Positions 38,229 through 48,495 are shown, numbered from the stretch's first letter. The stretch is 64,000 nt of DNA from Herpetosiphon geysericola (GCF_001306135.1 NZ_LGKP01000040.1:216726-280725), one strand, 5' to 3'. Notes: generated by a model from the sequence alone, not told the origin. Program-made: numbers and translations.

Positions 38229-40001
38229 ATGAAACTTGATGTAGAAAGTGTAGAGGCAATGTCTACGTTAACCTATCCGCACCTGCCCGCGCCCTTCGAA
38301 ATCATCGGTGCTTGTGGCAAGCAGTCGAGCCATCGGCGTTTTTTTATGGCCAAAAAAGCAGGTATTCCCTACCTCGTTTGGTGGGAAAGCCGCATTCCCG
38401 ATGCCTTGCGCAAACAACAAATGGTGGTGCAAATTGCCGAGCAGGCAGGCAGCGAAGTTGCTATTTTAGATGTTCAGGCTTTGTCGCTGCAACAACTTTT
38501 GGATACAGCTGGCAGCCTTCCGGCCCCAGTTGCCGCCCAATATGCCTTAGGTCTGATCGAAACCGCCGAATTTAATCATCGCCAGCGTACTGCGCTAACC
38601 AGTAGCAATTTGTATGGGCCAAGTTTGCTCGACCTTGGCTCTCAAGGCACAATTGCACCTAAAATCGATCCCAGCCAAGGCCAAAAAGCCGGGCCGATTC
38701 CTGCTCAATTATTACCAGTCAACGAACAGCCAAGCCCGCAAAGCGATAGCTATTATATTGGGGCCTTGATTGCATGGATGCTTAGCGGCCAATTTGCCCC
38801 CCAAGGCAATCCTTTGGCCATGTTACCAGCAATTGATGGCCGCTTGGCGAGCATTTTACAACGAGCAACCGCCGCCAATCCAAAACAACGCCCAAACGCC
38901 CAAGAGCTTGGCCAACAAATTCAAGATTGGTTATCGGGCAAAGTTGCTCAACCTGCTAAAAAGAAACCTTCAAAGCTGAAATGGCTGGTCGGGGCAATTG
39001 GCACGGCAATCGTAACCTTATTAATCATCTATGGTTTATCGCAGAAGAACTCAGTGCCGGATACTGAGTTTGGCAAGGCCTCAGCAGGTGCTGGCCCAAG
39101 CACCGATTTCCAACCAGATAAACCTGGCACAGGCTTGGCCATCCTCAGCGATATCAATGAGGTTGAGGTTAATCGAATTGACGATACGCGCTATCCTGAA
39201 ATTGATATGTATCTGAGCATCATGCGCCCGACTGGGGTTGTAACCGATGTTCCACGCCAAAATGTCAGCGTGTTTGAAAATAATAATAAAATTGAGAACT
39301 TCTCATGGGTCAATCTCTCGAAGATTCGCGATCCGCTCAATATTATGTTGGTGATTGATACCAGCGGGAGTATGGGGCCTAGCAAAGAAGGCTTGACTGA
39401 CGGCGGCTTAGATGCAGCCAAAATAGCTGCCCTCGATTTTATTGAACGCCTGCCCTCAAACACCAAGCTTGGCTTAATTCACTTTGGCACAATGGTGACG
39501 GTTGATCACTCATTAACCGACGATATTGGCGCGGTGCGCCAAAGCATTACCGAGCTTAAAGCTGAAGGCCAAACCGCAATCTATGATGCTTTGGCAATTA
39601 GCTATACCCAATTACGCCGTGCAGAAGGCCGAACCTTCATCGTGCTCATTTCTGATGGCGCTGATACCGCCAGCAAAGGCGATAATTACGATAGCATTGT
39701 GACCAAAGCAGCCAAAGCCAAAATTCCAACCTATATTATTGGCCTAACCAGCCCAGAATTTGATGGCAAATTGCTGGAAGATTTACAACGCGATACCAAA
39801 GCGATGATCTACCAAACCCCATCTAAAGAGCAATTGACCGGCTTCTACGGGGAGGTTGCCCAAGAAGTCGCTGGCCAATATCGAGCCAGTTTCAGCGTGC
39901 CTGATAGTTATCCAAGCGGCGCTGAAATTAAGCTCAAGGTCGAGGTCGATGCTGGCGATGGCCGCTTAGTCACCAAAGAACGCACCTATAACAAGCCTTA
40001 A
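38229..40001 (+). CDS. Membrane protein with an N-terminal cytoplasmic domain (weakly kinase-lobe-like, no catalytic motifs), one TM helix and an extracytoplasmic von Willebrand factor A domain
   Basis: MIDAS motif MLVIDTSGSMG plus downstream T and D residues. TM helix LVGAIGTAIVTLLIIYGL. Divergent from the histidine kinase. Confidence 0.6.
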   Translation: MKLDVESVEAMSTLTYPHLPAPFEIIGACGKQSSHRRFFMAKKAGIPYLVWWESRIPDALRKQQMVVQIAEQAGSEVAILDVQALSLQQLLDTAGSLPAPVAAQYALGLIETAEFNHRQRTALTSSNLYGPSLLDLGSQGTIAPKIDPSQGQKAGPIPAQLLPVNEQPSPQSDSYYIGALIAWMLSGQFAPQGNPLAMLPAIDGRLASILQRATAANPKQRPNAQELGQQIQDWLSGKVAQPAKKKPSKLKWLVGAIGTAIVTLLIIYGLSQKNSVPDTEFGKASAGAGPSTDFQPDKPGTGLAILSDINEVEVNRIDDTRYPEIDMYLSIMRPTGVVTDVPRQNVSVFENNNKIENFSWVNLSKIRDPLNIMLVIDTSGSMGPSKEGLTDGGLDAAKIAALDFIERLPSNTKLGLIHFGTMVTVDHSLTDDIGAVRQSITELKAEGQTAIYDALAISYTQLRRAEGRTFIVLISDGADTASKGDNYDSIVTKAAKAKIPTYIIGLTSPEFDGKLLEDLQRDTKAMIYQTPSKEQLTGFYGEVAQEVAGQYRASFSVPDSYPSGAEIKLKVEVDAGDGRLVTKERTYNKP

Positions 40002-40025
40002 CCTTCTCACCTACAGCATGTTTTC

Positions 40026-40062
40026 AATCGCAGCATCTTAACCAATGCTGCGATTTTTGTTT
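40026..40062 (+). terminator. Rho-independent terminator after the vWA gene
   Basis: Stem aatcgcagcat / atgctgcgatt followed by ttttgtttt. Confidence 0.75.
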
Positions 40063-40117
40063 TGGGCTAAAATTGTGCTACAGTGCAAACCACAATCGCA
40101 CCTATGAGAACACCCAA

Positions 40118-41020
40118 ATGCTGGATTTACAAAAACTGCGCATGTTTGTGGCCGCTGCCCAAAGCCGCAATTTTACTCGCGCTGCTGAACAACTCGATCT
40201 CACACAGCCGACCGTTAGCCAACAAATTCAGACCCTTGAACGCGAGTTAGGCGTAAGTTTGTTCGAGCGGCTAAGCCGTGGCATCGAGCTAACCGCTGCT
40301 GGACGAGCGCTTTTACCCCATGCCGAACAAATGATTGCGCTCGAACGGATTGCAGAACAGGCGGTGCGTGCCGCTGCTGGCCAAAGCGAACGCACCTTGC
40401 TTTTAGGCGTTGGCAATACCTTGGCCACCTATGCGCTGCCCGATTTGCTGCAACGCTTCAACTGGGAACACCCAGAATTTGTCGTCCACATCGGCACTGG
40501 CAACACCGAGCAATTGCTGGCCCAAGTTATTTCTGGTGAATTTGAATTGGCCCTGGTTGGTTCGCCGATTAGCCATAATCAATTAATTGTGATGCCGTTT
40601 CTCAGCACCGAATTGGTGGTCATTGTTAGCCCTGATGATCCTTGGGCACGCTTGAAACAAATTAATCTCGAAGCCTTGCATGGGCGACGCATGCTTTTGC
40701 GTGAAGAAGGCTCTGCTTTGCAAGCGAGCGTCAGCGAGTTGCTCACCAAGCAGCAAATTCGCCCCAAACAGCCAATTGTGCTTGGCAATCTTGAGGCGAT
40801 CAAGCGCTCGGTTGAAGTTGGCTTAGGCATCGCCTTAGTGCCAGCCATGGCCGTGCGCCGCGAAGTAGCGGCTGGGCGTTTGCGCCAATTGCATTTGGCC
40901 AATATGCTAACACGGCGGGTTTATAATGTGGTGCATCATCGCGATCGCCATATTACGAATGCAGCCCAATTGTTCCTCGATCTCTTGCGCAAACCGTTGG
41001 GGCCTGATACTAACGAATGA
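40118..41020 (+). CDS. LysR family transcriptional regulator
   Basis: HTH RNFTRAAEQLDLTQPTVSQQIQTLE at the N-terminus. 300 aa. Confidence 0.85.
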   Translation: MLDLQKLRMFVAAAQSRNFTRAAEQLDLTQPTVSQQIQTLERELGVSLFERLSRGIELTAAGRALLPHAEQMIALERIAEQAVRAAAGQSERTLLLGVGNTLATYALPDLLQRFNWEHPEFVVHIGTGNTEQLLAQVISGEFELALVGSPISHNQLIVMPFLSTELVVIVSPDDPWARLKQINLEALHGRRMLLREEGSALQASVSELLTKQQIRPKQPIVLGNLEAIKRSVEVGLGIALVPAMAVRREVAAGRLRQLHLANMLTRRVYNVVHHRDRHITNAAQLFLDLLRKPLGPDTNE

Positions 41021-41104
41021 AGCCTTGATATGATATGATACGAGCTATTGCTTCCGACCACCTTTTGGAGCAGAACCCGTTATGGGCTTGGGGGAATGGC
41101 CTGC

Positions 41105-41692
41105 ATGACCGATGCAGAACGACAATGGGTGAGCGCCGCCAAAGCTGGCGACGTTGAAGCCTTCAATCAATTAGTGCGTATGTACGAAGGGCGGGTCTAT
41201 GGCTTGGCCTATCGCATGCTGGGCGATAGCGATAGCGCTGCCGATGTGGCCCAAGATACCTTTATCTCGGCATTTAAGGCAATTAAACGCTTTCGCGAAG
41301 GCTCATTTGCTGCTTGGTTGCTGCGCATTGCCACCAACGCGTGCTACGATGTGTTGCGCGCCCAAAAACGCCGCCGCACCAGCTCGATGGATCAAATGCT
41401 TGCTGGCGACGATGATAGCCCAGGCGAGCAATTTGAAGATCAATCGCTGCCACTCGATCAACATATGATCAATCGCGAGTTGCAAGCAGCAATCCAAGCA
41501 GGCTTGGCAACCTTGCCCGAAGATCAACGCGCAGTGTTAATTATGTGCGATATTCAAGGCTTTGCCTATGAGGAAATCGCAGCAGCTACTGATACCCAAC
41601 TGGGCACAGTCAAATCGCGGCTCAGCAGAGCACGAGCAAAGTTGCGCGATTATCTTAAAAGTCGGGAACTTTTGCCAACTGCCGAACGTTAA
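41105..41692 (+). CDS. RNA polymerase ECF-type sigma-70 factor
   Basis: Region 2 (YGLAYRMLGDSDSAADVAQDTFI) and region 4 (VLIMCDIQGFAYEEIA) motifs. Confidence 0.8.
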   Translation: MTDAERQWVSAAKAGDVEAFNQLVRMYEGRVYGLAYRMLGDSDSAADVAQDTFISAFKAIKRFREGSFAAWLLRIATNACYDVLRAQKRRRTSSMDQMLAGDDDSPGEQFEDQSLPLDQHMINRELQAAIQAGLATLPEDQRAVLIMCDIQGFAYEEIAAATDTQLGTVKSRLSRARAKLRDYLKSRELLPTAER

Positions 41693-41722
41693 GCTTGATA
41701 TGACGACACAAGTGGGTATGCA

Positions 41723-42565
41723 ATGACACCAATATCTGAACAACACCAAGAACTTCTTTCGGCAGCCCTCGATGGTCAGCTTAGCGCCGCCGAGCAAGCT
41801 CAGTTGGATCAACAGCTTGAGCACGACCCTAGTTTAGCTGCCGAATTTGCCGAGTTGCGCTCGATGCAGGCGTTGTTGCAAGACCTCCCGCCTGTTCGAC
41901 CACCACGCAGCTTTACGCTCGATCCCGCTCTCCATGCGCCCAAACGCAGCTTCTGGCTCAGCGGCTGGACACGTTGGGTCACGGTGGTTGGCGTATTCGC
42001 TTTAATGCTGACCGTTGGCTTACAGCTCAGCAATCAGGCTGAGCAAGCAATGACCATGGCTCCTGAATCGCGCATAATGAGCACTGAATCAGCAGCTGTT
42101 CAATCCCAACAAGCCGAAAACGAGAGTCCTGTAGCGCCACCAATGAGCACGGGAAGAAGCGCAGCCATGCCAACCCCAGAGATGGCGCTGCTGCAAGAAC
42201 CAACTGGTGGCGCTGCCGATGCAATGAGTGGAGCCTATCCACCGCCGGCCCAACCATACGCTGCTGGCTCAGGTCCAATGAGCGATACAAGCGATATGGC
42301 TCGGAGCATCAGCCCTGAGCAAGCAACCGCCATAGCAGGCAATAGCTTGAACCAACCATTGATCGAGCGCAATGATACCTCATCGCCTGATACAATCAGC
42401 TTGGAGCCGCCAGTGCTCAAGGATCAGGTGCTTGAGCAAACAGCTCCTGCACCAGCAGCCGAGTCTGAATCATCACTATTGCTCTGGTTCAGCATCGCAC
42501 TCGTACTGGGGATTGGCTTAGCGTTCGCTATGGGCTACTGGTTCAAACTGCATAAACAAGCCTAA
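41723..42565 (+). CDS. Putative membrane anti-sigma factor
   Basis: Directly downstream of the ECF sigma gene. The N-terminal cytoplasmic segment has the amphipathic helix LSAALDGQLSAAEQ, then a TM helix, a Pro/Ser-rich region and a second C-terminal TM helix. Confidence 0.5.
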   Translation: MTPISEQHQELLSAALDGQLSAAEQAQLDQQLEHDPSLAAEFAELRSMQALLQDLPPVRPPRSFTLDPALHAPKRSFWLSGWTRWVTVVGVFALMLTVGLQLSNQAEQAMTMAPESRIMSTESAAVQSQQAENESPVAPPMSTGRSAAMPTPEMALLQEPTGGAADAMSGAYPPPAQPYAAGSGPMSDTSDMARSISPEQATAIAGNSLNQPLIERNDTSSPDTISLEPPVLKDQVLEQTAPAPAAESESSLLLWFSIALVLGIGLAFAMGYWFKLHKQA

Positions 42566-42567
42566 AT

Positions 42568-43170
42568 CTACCACGGCTGTCCTTGCGCTTCTGCTTGGGC
42601 AGCCCTAATAAATTGGGCTAGCACCGCAATTCGCGCTTCCGCCAAACGCCGCGCACTGGCAAGGCGTAGTTGGCTCGGCAAATGGTGCAGATTGTGCTCT
42701 AAGGTCGCCAATGCATCACCAAATGTTCGATAGCGCGTATCACGGCCAACTTTGCTCACAATCCGCAAGATTCCTACCGCCCCTAGTTGCTCCAAGATAT
42801 CGGCATCACGCAATAAACTGGCTTCAATACTGGTTGGCTCATCCTGTGGGAGATGTTGGCCAATCGCCGCCACTACCGCCGCAATTTTGGCGCTGGGGAA
42901 TTGCCATTCTTGCAATAGCGCAGGCACTTGCTGCATAGCATAGGCCACATTATCCCAAGCAGCCAATGCTGCTGGGTCAGCAGGCCGATGGCCGATAAAG
43001 ACCCCAAGATCGTGCAACCATGCTGCCGCATACACCACATCGTCATCATACGCCAAGCCTTCACCAAGGGTTGTCGCCAACTGATAAAGTCGTGGCTGAT
43101 GGCTATATTTATCGATCGGCAGAGCTTGCTCACGAATATAGGCCTGAATTTGGGCCCGAAAATCTGGCAT
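42568..43170 (-). CDS. HD-domain phosphohydrolase
   Basis: AAWLHDLGVF H-D motif. I chose the start at MPDFRAQ; the ORF-track start is 43224. Confidence 0.6.
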   Translation of the reverse strand: MPDFRAQIQAYIREQALPIDKYSHQPRLYQLATTLGEGLAYDDDVVYAAAWLHDLGVFIGHRPADPAALAAWDNVAYAMQQVPALLQEWQFPSAKIAAVVAAIGQHLPQDEPTSIEASLLRDADILEQLGAVGILRIVSKVGRDTRYRTFGDALATLEHNLHHLPSQLRLASARRLAEARIAVLAQFIRAAQAEAQGQPW

Positions 43171-43395
43171 AAAACTATCTCCTGCAAGGCTAAAATGATC
43201 TGTTACCCACCAAAACCAACCCATCTGTCACCTGGGTAGACCCTACTTTTGAGAATTGACATAAACGTCTTATCGCAGGTACACTACAGCGACCACTCAA
43301 CCACAACCCATTTTAGCAAGCAATGCTGCGTTGCCGAGCTTTAGGCGGTATGGTATAGTTTGGTTGACAGCAGTCTGCAACGTGAGAGCATCACC

Positions 43396-44217
43396 ATGAG
43401 CGTAATCGTCATTGATGACCAAGTTGTGCATTACGAGACCTTTGGGCGTGGTCGTCCAGTCCTATTTCTCCACGGCTGGCTCGGTTCGTGGCGATACTGG
43501 ATGCCGACGATGGAATTCGTTTCCAAAGATTTCCGCACATATTCGTTCGATTTTTGGGGTTTTGGTGATTCAGATAAAACAAGTACTGCCAAGAGCATTA
43601 GCATTACCAATTTCTCTGATCAAGTGATTCGATTTTTGGATGCCATGGGCATCGATAAGGTGCCGCTAGTCGGCCACTCCATGGGCGGAATGGTCGCGCT
43701 CAAAACTGCAATCCGCCACCCCAATCGGATTAGCCGAGTTGCGGCTATTGGTGCTCCCATCGTTGGTACATCGCTTTCAGGCTTGCTTAAACTCACCGAT
43801 AATCAGTATGTTTCGCGAGCAATGGCGCGCGTGCCAGTCGTTACCAAGTTTTTGTTTCGCTGGTTCTTAGGCAATGTTAGCGATACCGCCTATAGCGAAA
43901 TTCTCGACGATAGCGTTAAGCCAACCGAGGAAAGTTTGCGCCGCGCCGTTGGCTCGATGATGCGCACCGATCTGCGGCCTGAACTGGAACAATTGACGGT
44001 TCCAACCTTGGTCGTCCACGGCGCTCGCGACGATATTGTCAACCCAAATCAGGCCGATATTTTCTTACAACGCGATATGGCCAACACGCAAGTATTTGTG
44101 ATGCCAGAAAGTCGCCATTTTCCCTTCCTTGACGAGCCAGCCCAATTTAACAAGGTGCTTCACGCCTTCTTAAAACGGCCAGTCAACGAAACCCGTGCTG
44201 CTGCTGAAGCAGCATAG
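43396..44217 (+). CDS. Alpha/beta hydrolase
   Basis: GHSMGG nucleophile elbow. 273 aa from MSVIVIDD. Confidence 0.7.
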   Translation: MSVIVIDDQVVHYETFGRGRPVLFLHGWLGSWRYWMPTMEFVSKDFRTYSFDFWGFGDSDKTSTAKSISITNFSDQVIRFLDAMGIDKVPLVGHSMGGMVALKTAIRHPNRISRVAAIGAPIVGTSLSGLLKLTDNQYVSRAMARVPVVTKFLFRWFLGNVSDTAYSEILDDSVKPTEESLRRAVGSMMRTDLRPELEQLTVPTLVVHGARDDIVNPNQADIFLQRDMANTQVFVMPESRHFPFLDEPAQFNKVLHAFLKRPVNETRAAAEAA

Positions 44218-44234
44218 GTAGTTAGGTCAAGTTC

Positions 44235-44522
44235 ATGATTGATGAACAAACTGAAGCCTTAGTTCGGCGACTCAAAAGTATCGAAGGCCATGTGCGTGGC
44301 GTGCAACGCATGCTCGAAGAGGATGCCTACTGTATCGATGTGCTGCGCCAAACCTTAGCCATTCGTCGCGCACTCGAAAAAGTTGATGCCCTCGTGCTCG
44401 AACGCCATCTCGCAACCTGCGTTACCAACGCAATTCGCTCACCCAACGAGGGCGAACGCGAACAGGCCATTACCGAAATTCTCGAAATTTTTGCGGCAAC
44501 CCGCAGCGTTAGCGAGAAATAA
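44235..44522 (+). CDS. CsoR/RcnR/FrmR-family metal-sensing transcriptional repressor
   Basis: 95-aa all-helical protein. The RLKSIEGHVRGVQRMLEED...C..VL pattern is typical of the family. Confidence 0.7.
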   Translation: MIDEQTEALVRRLKSIEGHVRGVQRMLEEDAYCIDVLRQTLAIRRALEKVDALVLERHLATCVTNAIRSPNEGEREQAITEILEIFAATRSVSEK

Positions 44523-44530
44523 CCACCCCT

Positions 44531-45559
44531 ATGAATGAGTTACTACCCTATCCATTGCTGGGCATTGTCGGCCAAAGCGAGCTGAAAACCGCGCTTACCT
44601 TGGCTTTGGTCAATCCCGCTGTGGGTGGGGTTTTGTTAAGCGGCCCCTATGGCGTGGGTAAAACTACCGCCGTGCGCGGCTTGCTCGATATTATGCCCTT
44701 GGTCAAACGCTCGCGCTGCGAGAATAATTGCCCGCCCGACGACGATAGCGATCTCTGCCCAACTTGCCTCGACTACCTCGAACGCGGCGAATCGCGGCTC
44801 AAAGATGACCTCATGCGCTTAATCGAACTGCCACTCAACGCCCGCTTAGAGGATGTGGTCGGCGGTATGAACGAGCGCGTCGCCATCGAACAACAACGGG
44901 TGGTGCTCGAAGAAGGAATTTTGGCCCGCGCCAACAATAATTTGCTGTACGTCGATGAAATTAATTTGCTTGATCATGCGGTGATCGATGCGATTCTCGA
45001 TGCAGCAGCCCAAGGCCAAACCTTTGTGCGCCGCGGCGCAATGGTCAAACTCTATCAAAGTCGCTTGGTCTTAATTGGCTCGATGAATCCAGAGGAAGGT
45101 CGGCTACGGCCCCAAATCTTGGATCGTTTGGGTTTACGGGTTTGGGTTGGTCCCCAACCAACCGCTCGCGAACGGCTTGAAATTTATCGCCGTGCAATCG
45201 CCTTTCGCCAAGATCGAACGGCGTTTCGGCTGGCCTATGCCCAAGCAACCACCCAACTGCGGCTCGATGTGCTCAAAGCGCGCGATTTGCTGCCCAACGT
45301 TCATTTAACCAAAGCTGCTGAACGCTATGCAATGCAGATCATCACTCAATTGGCAATTCCTTCGCATCGGGCCGAAATTGTGTTGCTCGAAGCTGCCCGC
45401 GCCCGCGCTGCCGCCGACGATCGCCTTCGCGCTACGCCCAACGACATCAAAGCAGTTGCCCCAATGGCCTTGCGCTGGCGCCAAAGCCCACATCTCAGCG
45501 ATTTTCTGAAGCAGCACGAAACTGAGGAAGGCCTTATTGCCCAAGTCTTGCAAGCTTAA
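44531..45559 (+). CDS. Mg-chelatase subunit I (ChlI/BchI)-like AAA+ ATPase
   Basis: Walker A GPYGVGKTT, Walker B LLYVDEINLLD, and a Cys-rich insertion CENNCPPDDDSDLCPTC. Confidence 0.7.
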   Translation: MNELLPYPLLGIVGQSELKTALTLALVNPAVGGVLLSGPYGVGKTTAVRGLLDIMPLVKRSRCENNCPPDDDSDLCPTCLDYLERGESRLKDDLMRLIELPLNARLEDVVGGMNERVAIEQQRVVLEEGILARANNNLLYVDEINLLDHAVIDAILDAAAQGQTFVRRGAMVKLYQSRLVLIGSMNPEEGRLRPQILDRLGLRVWVGPQPTARERLEIYRRAIAFRQDRTAFRLAYAQATTQLRLDVLKARDLLPNVHLTKAAERYAMQIITQLAIPSHRAEIVLLEAARARAAADDRLRATPNDIKAVAPMALRWRQSPHLSDFLKQHETEEGLIAQVLQA

Positions 45560-45951
45560 TAATAGACTTCGCGGCCAAAAAATGCTTGCACATCACGCGA
45601 ATTCATATAGGCCAGCACAATCACATTCCACAACATACCGCCCCAAGCCCAGCGCTCGCCCAATAAACCATCTAAAATGTAGCCACCAATCGAAACATAG
45701 GCGCTAACAATCACCACCCACCACATCACGCGCCAGCCTTGAAAGAGCGCCAACCCCATCACAACTTGAAAACATGCGGTCACAACCAGCACAATTGGAT
45801 CTTCCGACAAGATAAATTGTTCCAAAAAAGCTGGCACACGCCCCAATAAGGCCACCCCAACCTCAACCATTGCGGTCAGCACATAGCCAATCGCAATCAC
45901 CGTAATCAAAAATGGGCGGCCAAAAGCCAACGATTCATTGCGTTTGAGCAT
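45556..45951 (-). CDS. Small integral membrane protein (4 TM, DoxX-like?)
   Basis: 131 aa, strongly hydrophobic. Confidence 0.4.
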   Translation of the reverse strand: MLKRNESLAFGRPFLITVIAIGYVLTAMVEVGVALLGRVPAFLEQFILSEDPIVLVVTACFQVVMGLALFQGWRVMWWVVIVSAYVSIGGYILDGLLGERWAWGGMLWNVIVLAYMNSRDVQAFFGREVYY

Positions 45952-45964
45952 GCTTGCTCCATTT

Positions 45965-47185
45965 CTATAAAATCGGCCACAGCGGCGAAAGCACCAACTC
46001 GGCAGCTTTGGTATACCACGGCCGCTGAATCCATTCAGCCAAGGTTAATTCGCGGGCATTGGTCATATCGCAGGCAAAAATTGCTTCCATACGCTCAGCA
46101 AAGGCCGCATTGTAAATTTCAAGATTAATTTCGTGGTTGCCTGCCAAACTCAGCCGATCAAGATTGGCCGTGCCAACCGTCGACCAAATGCCATCAATCG
46201 TCGCGGTTTTGGCGTGAATCATGGCGTTTTCATATAGAAAAATTTTAATTCCATGGCGCAGGCAAAATTCAAAATAATGGCGCGCCAGCCAATCAGCCAA
46301 TACATGGTTCGATTCAGCTGGGACCAAAATCCGCACATCAACCCCACGCCGCGCTGTGAGCACCAAAGCCTCTAAAATCGCCCGATCGGGAATGAAATAG
46401 GCGTTGCTAATGTAGACAAACCGCTCGGCCCGTTCAATTGCATCGAGATACATCGAACGAATTGGAAACACCAAGCGCCCAGCATCATTGCGCTGCACCC
46501 GCACTGTCGATTGCCATTCCAAATCAAGGTCGATGTTAAGCCGAGGCAGGCGTCGCCGATAGCGATTCCATTGCGAAGCAAACATCTCGGCCAAATTACT
46601 CACAATCGGCCCGCGCACTTGCACATGGGTGTCGCGCCACTCAGTGCGATACAATTCGCCCAAATTATAGCCACCAATAAAGGCCACATCGTTATCGACG
46701 ACCAACAGTTTGCGATGGTCGCGGGCATACGAGCCAATATCAAAAATTTGCGATAGCTTTGGGAATGCAGGATAGGTCAAGAGCTGAATTTCAGCAGGAA
46801 ACTTTTTGAATTTGCGCGGCACCACCAAATTCGCAAAACCATCGACAATCACATACACGGCCACGCCGCTATGGGCTTTGCGCATCAAGGCATCACGAAA
46901 TTTTTGGCCTAATTCATCGCCTTTGAAGATAAAGGTTTCGAGCAAAATCAAGCGTTGCGCCGATTCGATAGCTTGCAGCATCGCCGGAAACAACTCTTCA
47001 CCAGACATATACAACTGAAATTCATGGCGATCGTCGCTGGTTGGCGGCAGGCTAATCCGTGGATAGCGCTTATAGCTGGTTGGTCGCCATTTGCGCACGC
47101 CAATCAACAAAAAAGCCAAGCTCACTTGGAGTACGACGATCACCACCAGCATCGTTATCAGATCTTGAAATGATTCAAATGGCAT
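45965..47185 (-). CDS. cls: Cardiolipin synthase (phospholipase D family)
   Basis: Two HKD motifs (HRKLLVVDNDVAFIGGYN and IHAKTATIDGIWSTVGTANLD) and an N-terminal TM helix. Confidence 0.85.
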   Translation of the reverse strand: MPFESFQDLITMLVVIVVLQVSLAFLLIGVRKWRPTSYKRYPRISLPPTSDDRHEFQLYMSGEELFPAMLQAIESAQRLILLETFIFKGDELGQKFRDALMRKAHSGVAVYVIVDGFANLVVPRKFKKFPAEIQLLTYPAFPKLSQIFDIGSYARDHRKLLVVDNDVAFIGGYNLGELYRTEWRDTHVQVRGPIVSNLAEMFASQWNRYRRRLPRLNIDLDLEWQSTVRVQRNDAGRLVFPIRSMYLDAIERAERFVYISNAYFIPDRAILEALVLTARRGVDVRILVPAESNHVLADWLARHYFEFCLRHGIKIFLYENAMIHAKTATIDGIWSTVGTANLDRLSLAGNHEINLEIYNAAFAERMEAIFACDMTNARELTLAEWIQRPWYTKAAELVLSPLWPIL

Positions 47186-47202
47186 CCGCCGTACTCCATC
47201 AA

Positions 47203-48438
47203 CTAGTGCAGTTCGCCAAACAACACAATTTCGGCGTATTCACCACGAATAATGCCACGACTTGCCTCTGGCACAATCAACAAGCCGTTTGCTCGTGCCA
47301 TCGAGCTAACCAAGCCTGATCCTTGGGCACCGGTTAATTCAGCGGTCAAGCCTTCAGCGCTGCTTTTAACAATCACCCGCAAATATTGGCGCCGTTCGTT
47401 GCTTTCTAAATCGGCATCAAGCAATTTGGCCCAAACGCTAGGCCGAAATAGCTGTTGATAGCCACCAATTTTGCGTAACGCAGGCCGCACAAATAGCTCA
47501 AAACAAACCATGGCCGAAACGGGATTACCAGGCAAGCCAAAAATTGGTTTGCCATTGATTGAGCCAAAGGCCAAAGGTTTGCCTGGGCGCATGCGCACGC
47601 GCCAAAATTCCAATTTGCCAACTTCGTTCAAAATCTGCTTGACCAAGTCATAATCGCCAACCGACACGCCGCCAGAGGTCAGCAATACATCTGCTTCGGC
47701 CACTGCTTGGGCTAAAATTGCGCGCAAGGCCTCAGCATTATCAGGCACAATTGGCATGATAATCGGAATTGCTCCCGCTTCGCGCACTTGAGCAGCATTC
47801 GCATAGCCGTTCGAGTTGCGAATTTGGCCAGGGTTTGGCTCAATGCCAACATCAACCAACTCATCGCCAGTTGCAATAATTGCCACCCGTGGTTGGCGAA
47901 ACACTGGCACTTGGGCCGCGCCAATCGTAGCCAAAACCCCAATGCTACCAGCATGCAAGACCTGCCCAGCGTTTAAAACCAAGGCTCCAGCCTGCATATC
48001 CTCACCCGCTGGCCGAATATTACTGCCATGTTGGGTTGCTTGAAACATCCGCACAACATCGGGTTGGGCGTTGGGTTGGCCTTCGTCGGTTTCCTCAAAG
48101 GGCACAACTGCTTCAGCATTAGCCGGAACTTGGGCACCAGTCATAATCCGAATTGCGCTGCCAGCCCGCAATTCATGCGTTGGCACCGCTCCCGCCGCAA
48201 CCCGCTCAATAATCTGCAAAGCCACAGGCTGATCGGCACTGGCTTGAGCCACATCGCCAACCAACACCGCATAGCCATCCATAGCCGAATTGGCAAACGG
48301 CGGTGCATCGCGATCGGCATACATTGGCCTGGCCAGCACCCGACCCAAGGCCGCAGTCAATTCAATTGATTCGCTGGCGAGGGTGGTCATACGCTCAAGA
48401 ATCGCCGCTTGAGCATCAGCAACAGCAAGTAAGCTCAT
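47203..48438 (-). CDS. moeA: Molybdopterin molybdotransferase MoeA
   Basis: N-terminal ...AALGRVLARPMYADRDAPPFANSAMDGYAV and a GGVSVGDYD motif. Confidence 0.85.
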   Translation of the reverse strand: MSLLAVADAQAAILERMTTLASESIELTAALGRVLARPMYADRDAPPFANSAMDGYAVLVGDVAQASADQPVALQIIERVAAGAVPTHELRAGSAIRIMTGAQVPANAEAVVPFEETDEGQPNAQPDVVRMFQATQHGSNIRPAGEDMQAGALVLNAGQVLHAGSIGVLATIGAAQVPVFRQPRVAIIATGDELVDVGIEPNPGQIRNSNGYANAAQVREAGAIPIIMPIVPDNAEALRAILAQAVAEADVLLTSGGVSVGDYDLVKQILNEVGKLEFWRVRMRPGKPLAFGSINGKPIFGLPGNPVSAMVCFELFVRPALRKIGGYQQLFRPSVWAKLLDADLESNERRQYLRVIVKSSAEGLTAELTGAQGSGLVSSMARANGLLIVPEASRGIIRGEYAEIVLFGELH

Positions 48439-48495
48439 ATAAAAAAAGGCCATGGATGGGCCAAAACCCAATCCATGGCACACTCCTCACAACAA

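Noticed and set aside
44531-45559. The ChlI/BchI-like ATPase as evidence for (bacterio)chlorophyll synthesis
   Set aside because: No other bch/chl genes are in the window, and stand-alone ChlI-like AAA+ proteins are common in non-phototrophs.
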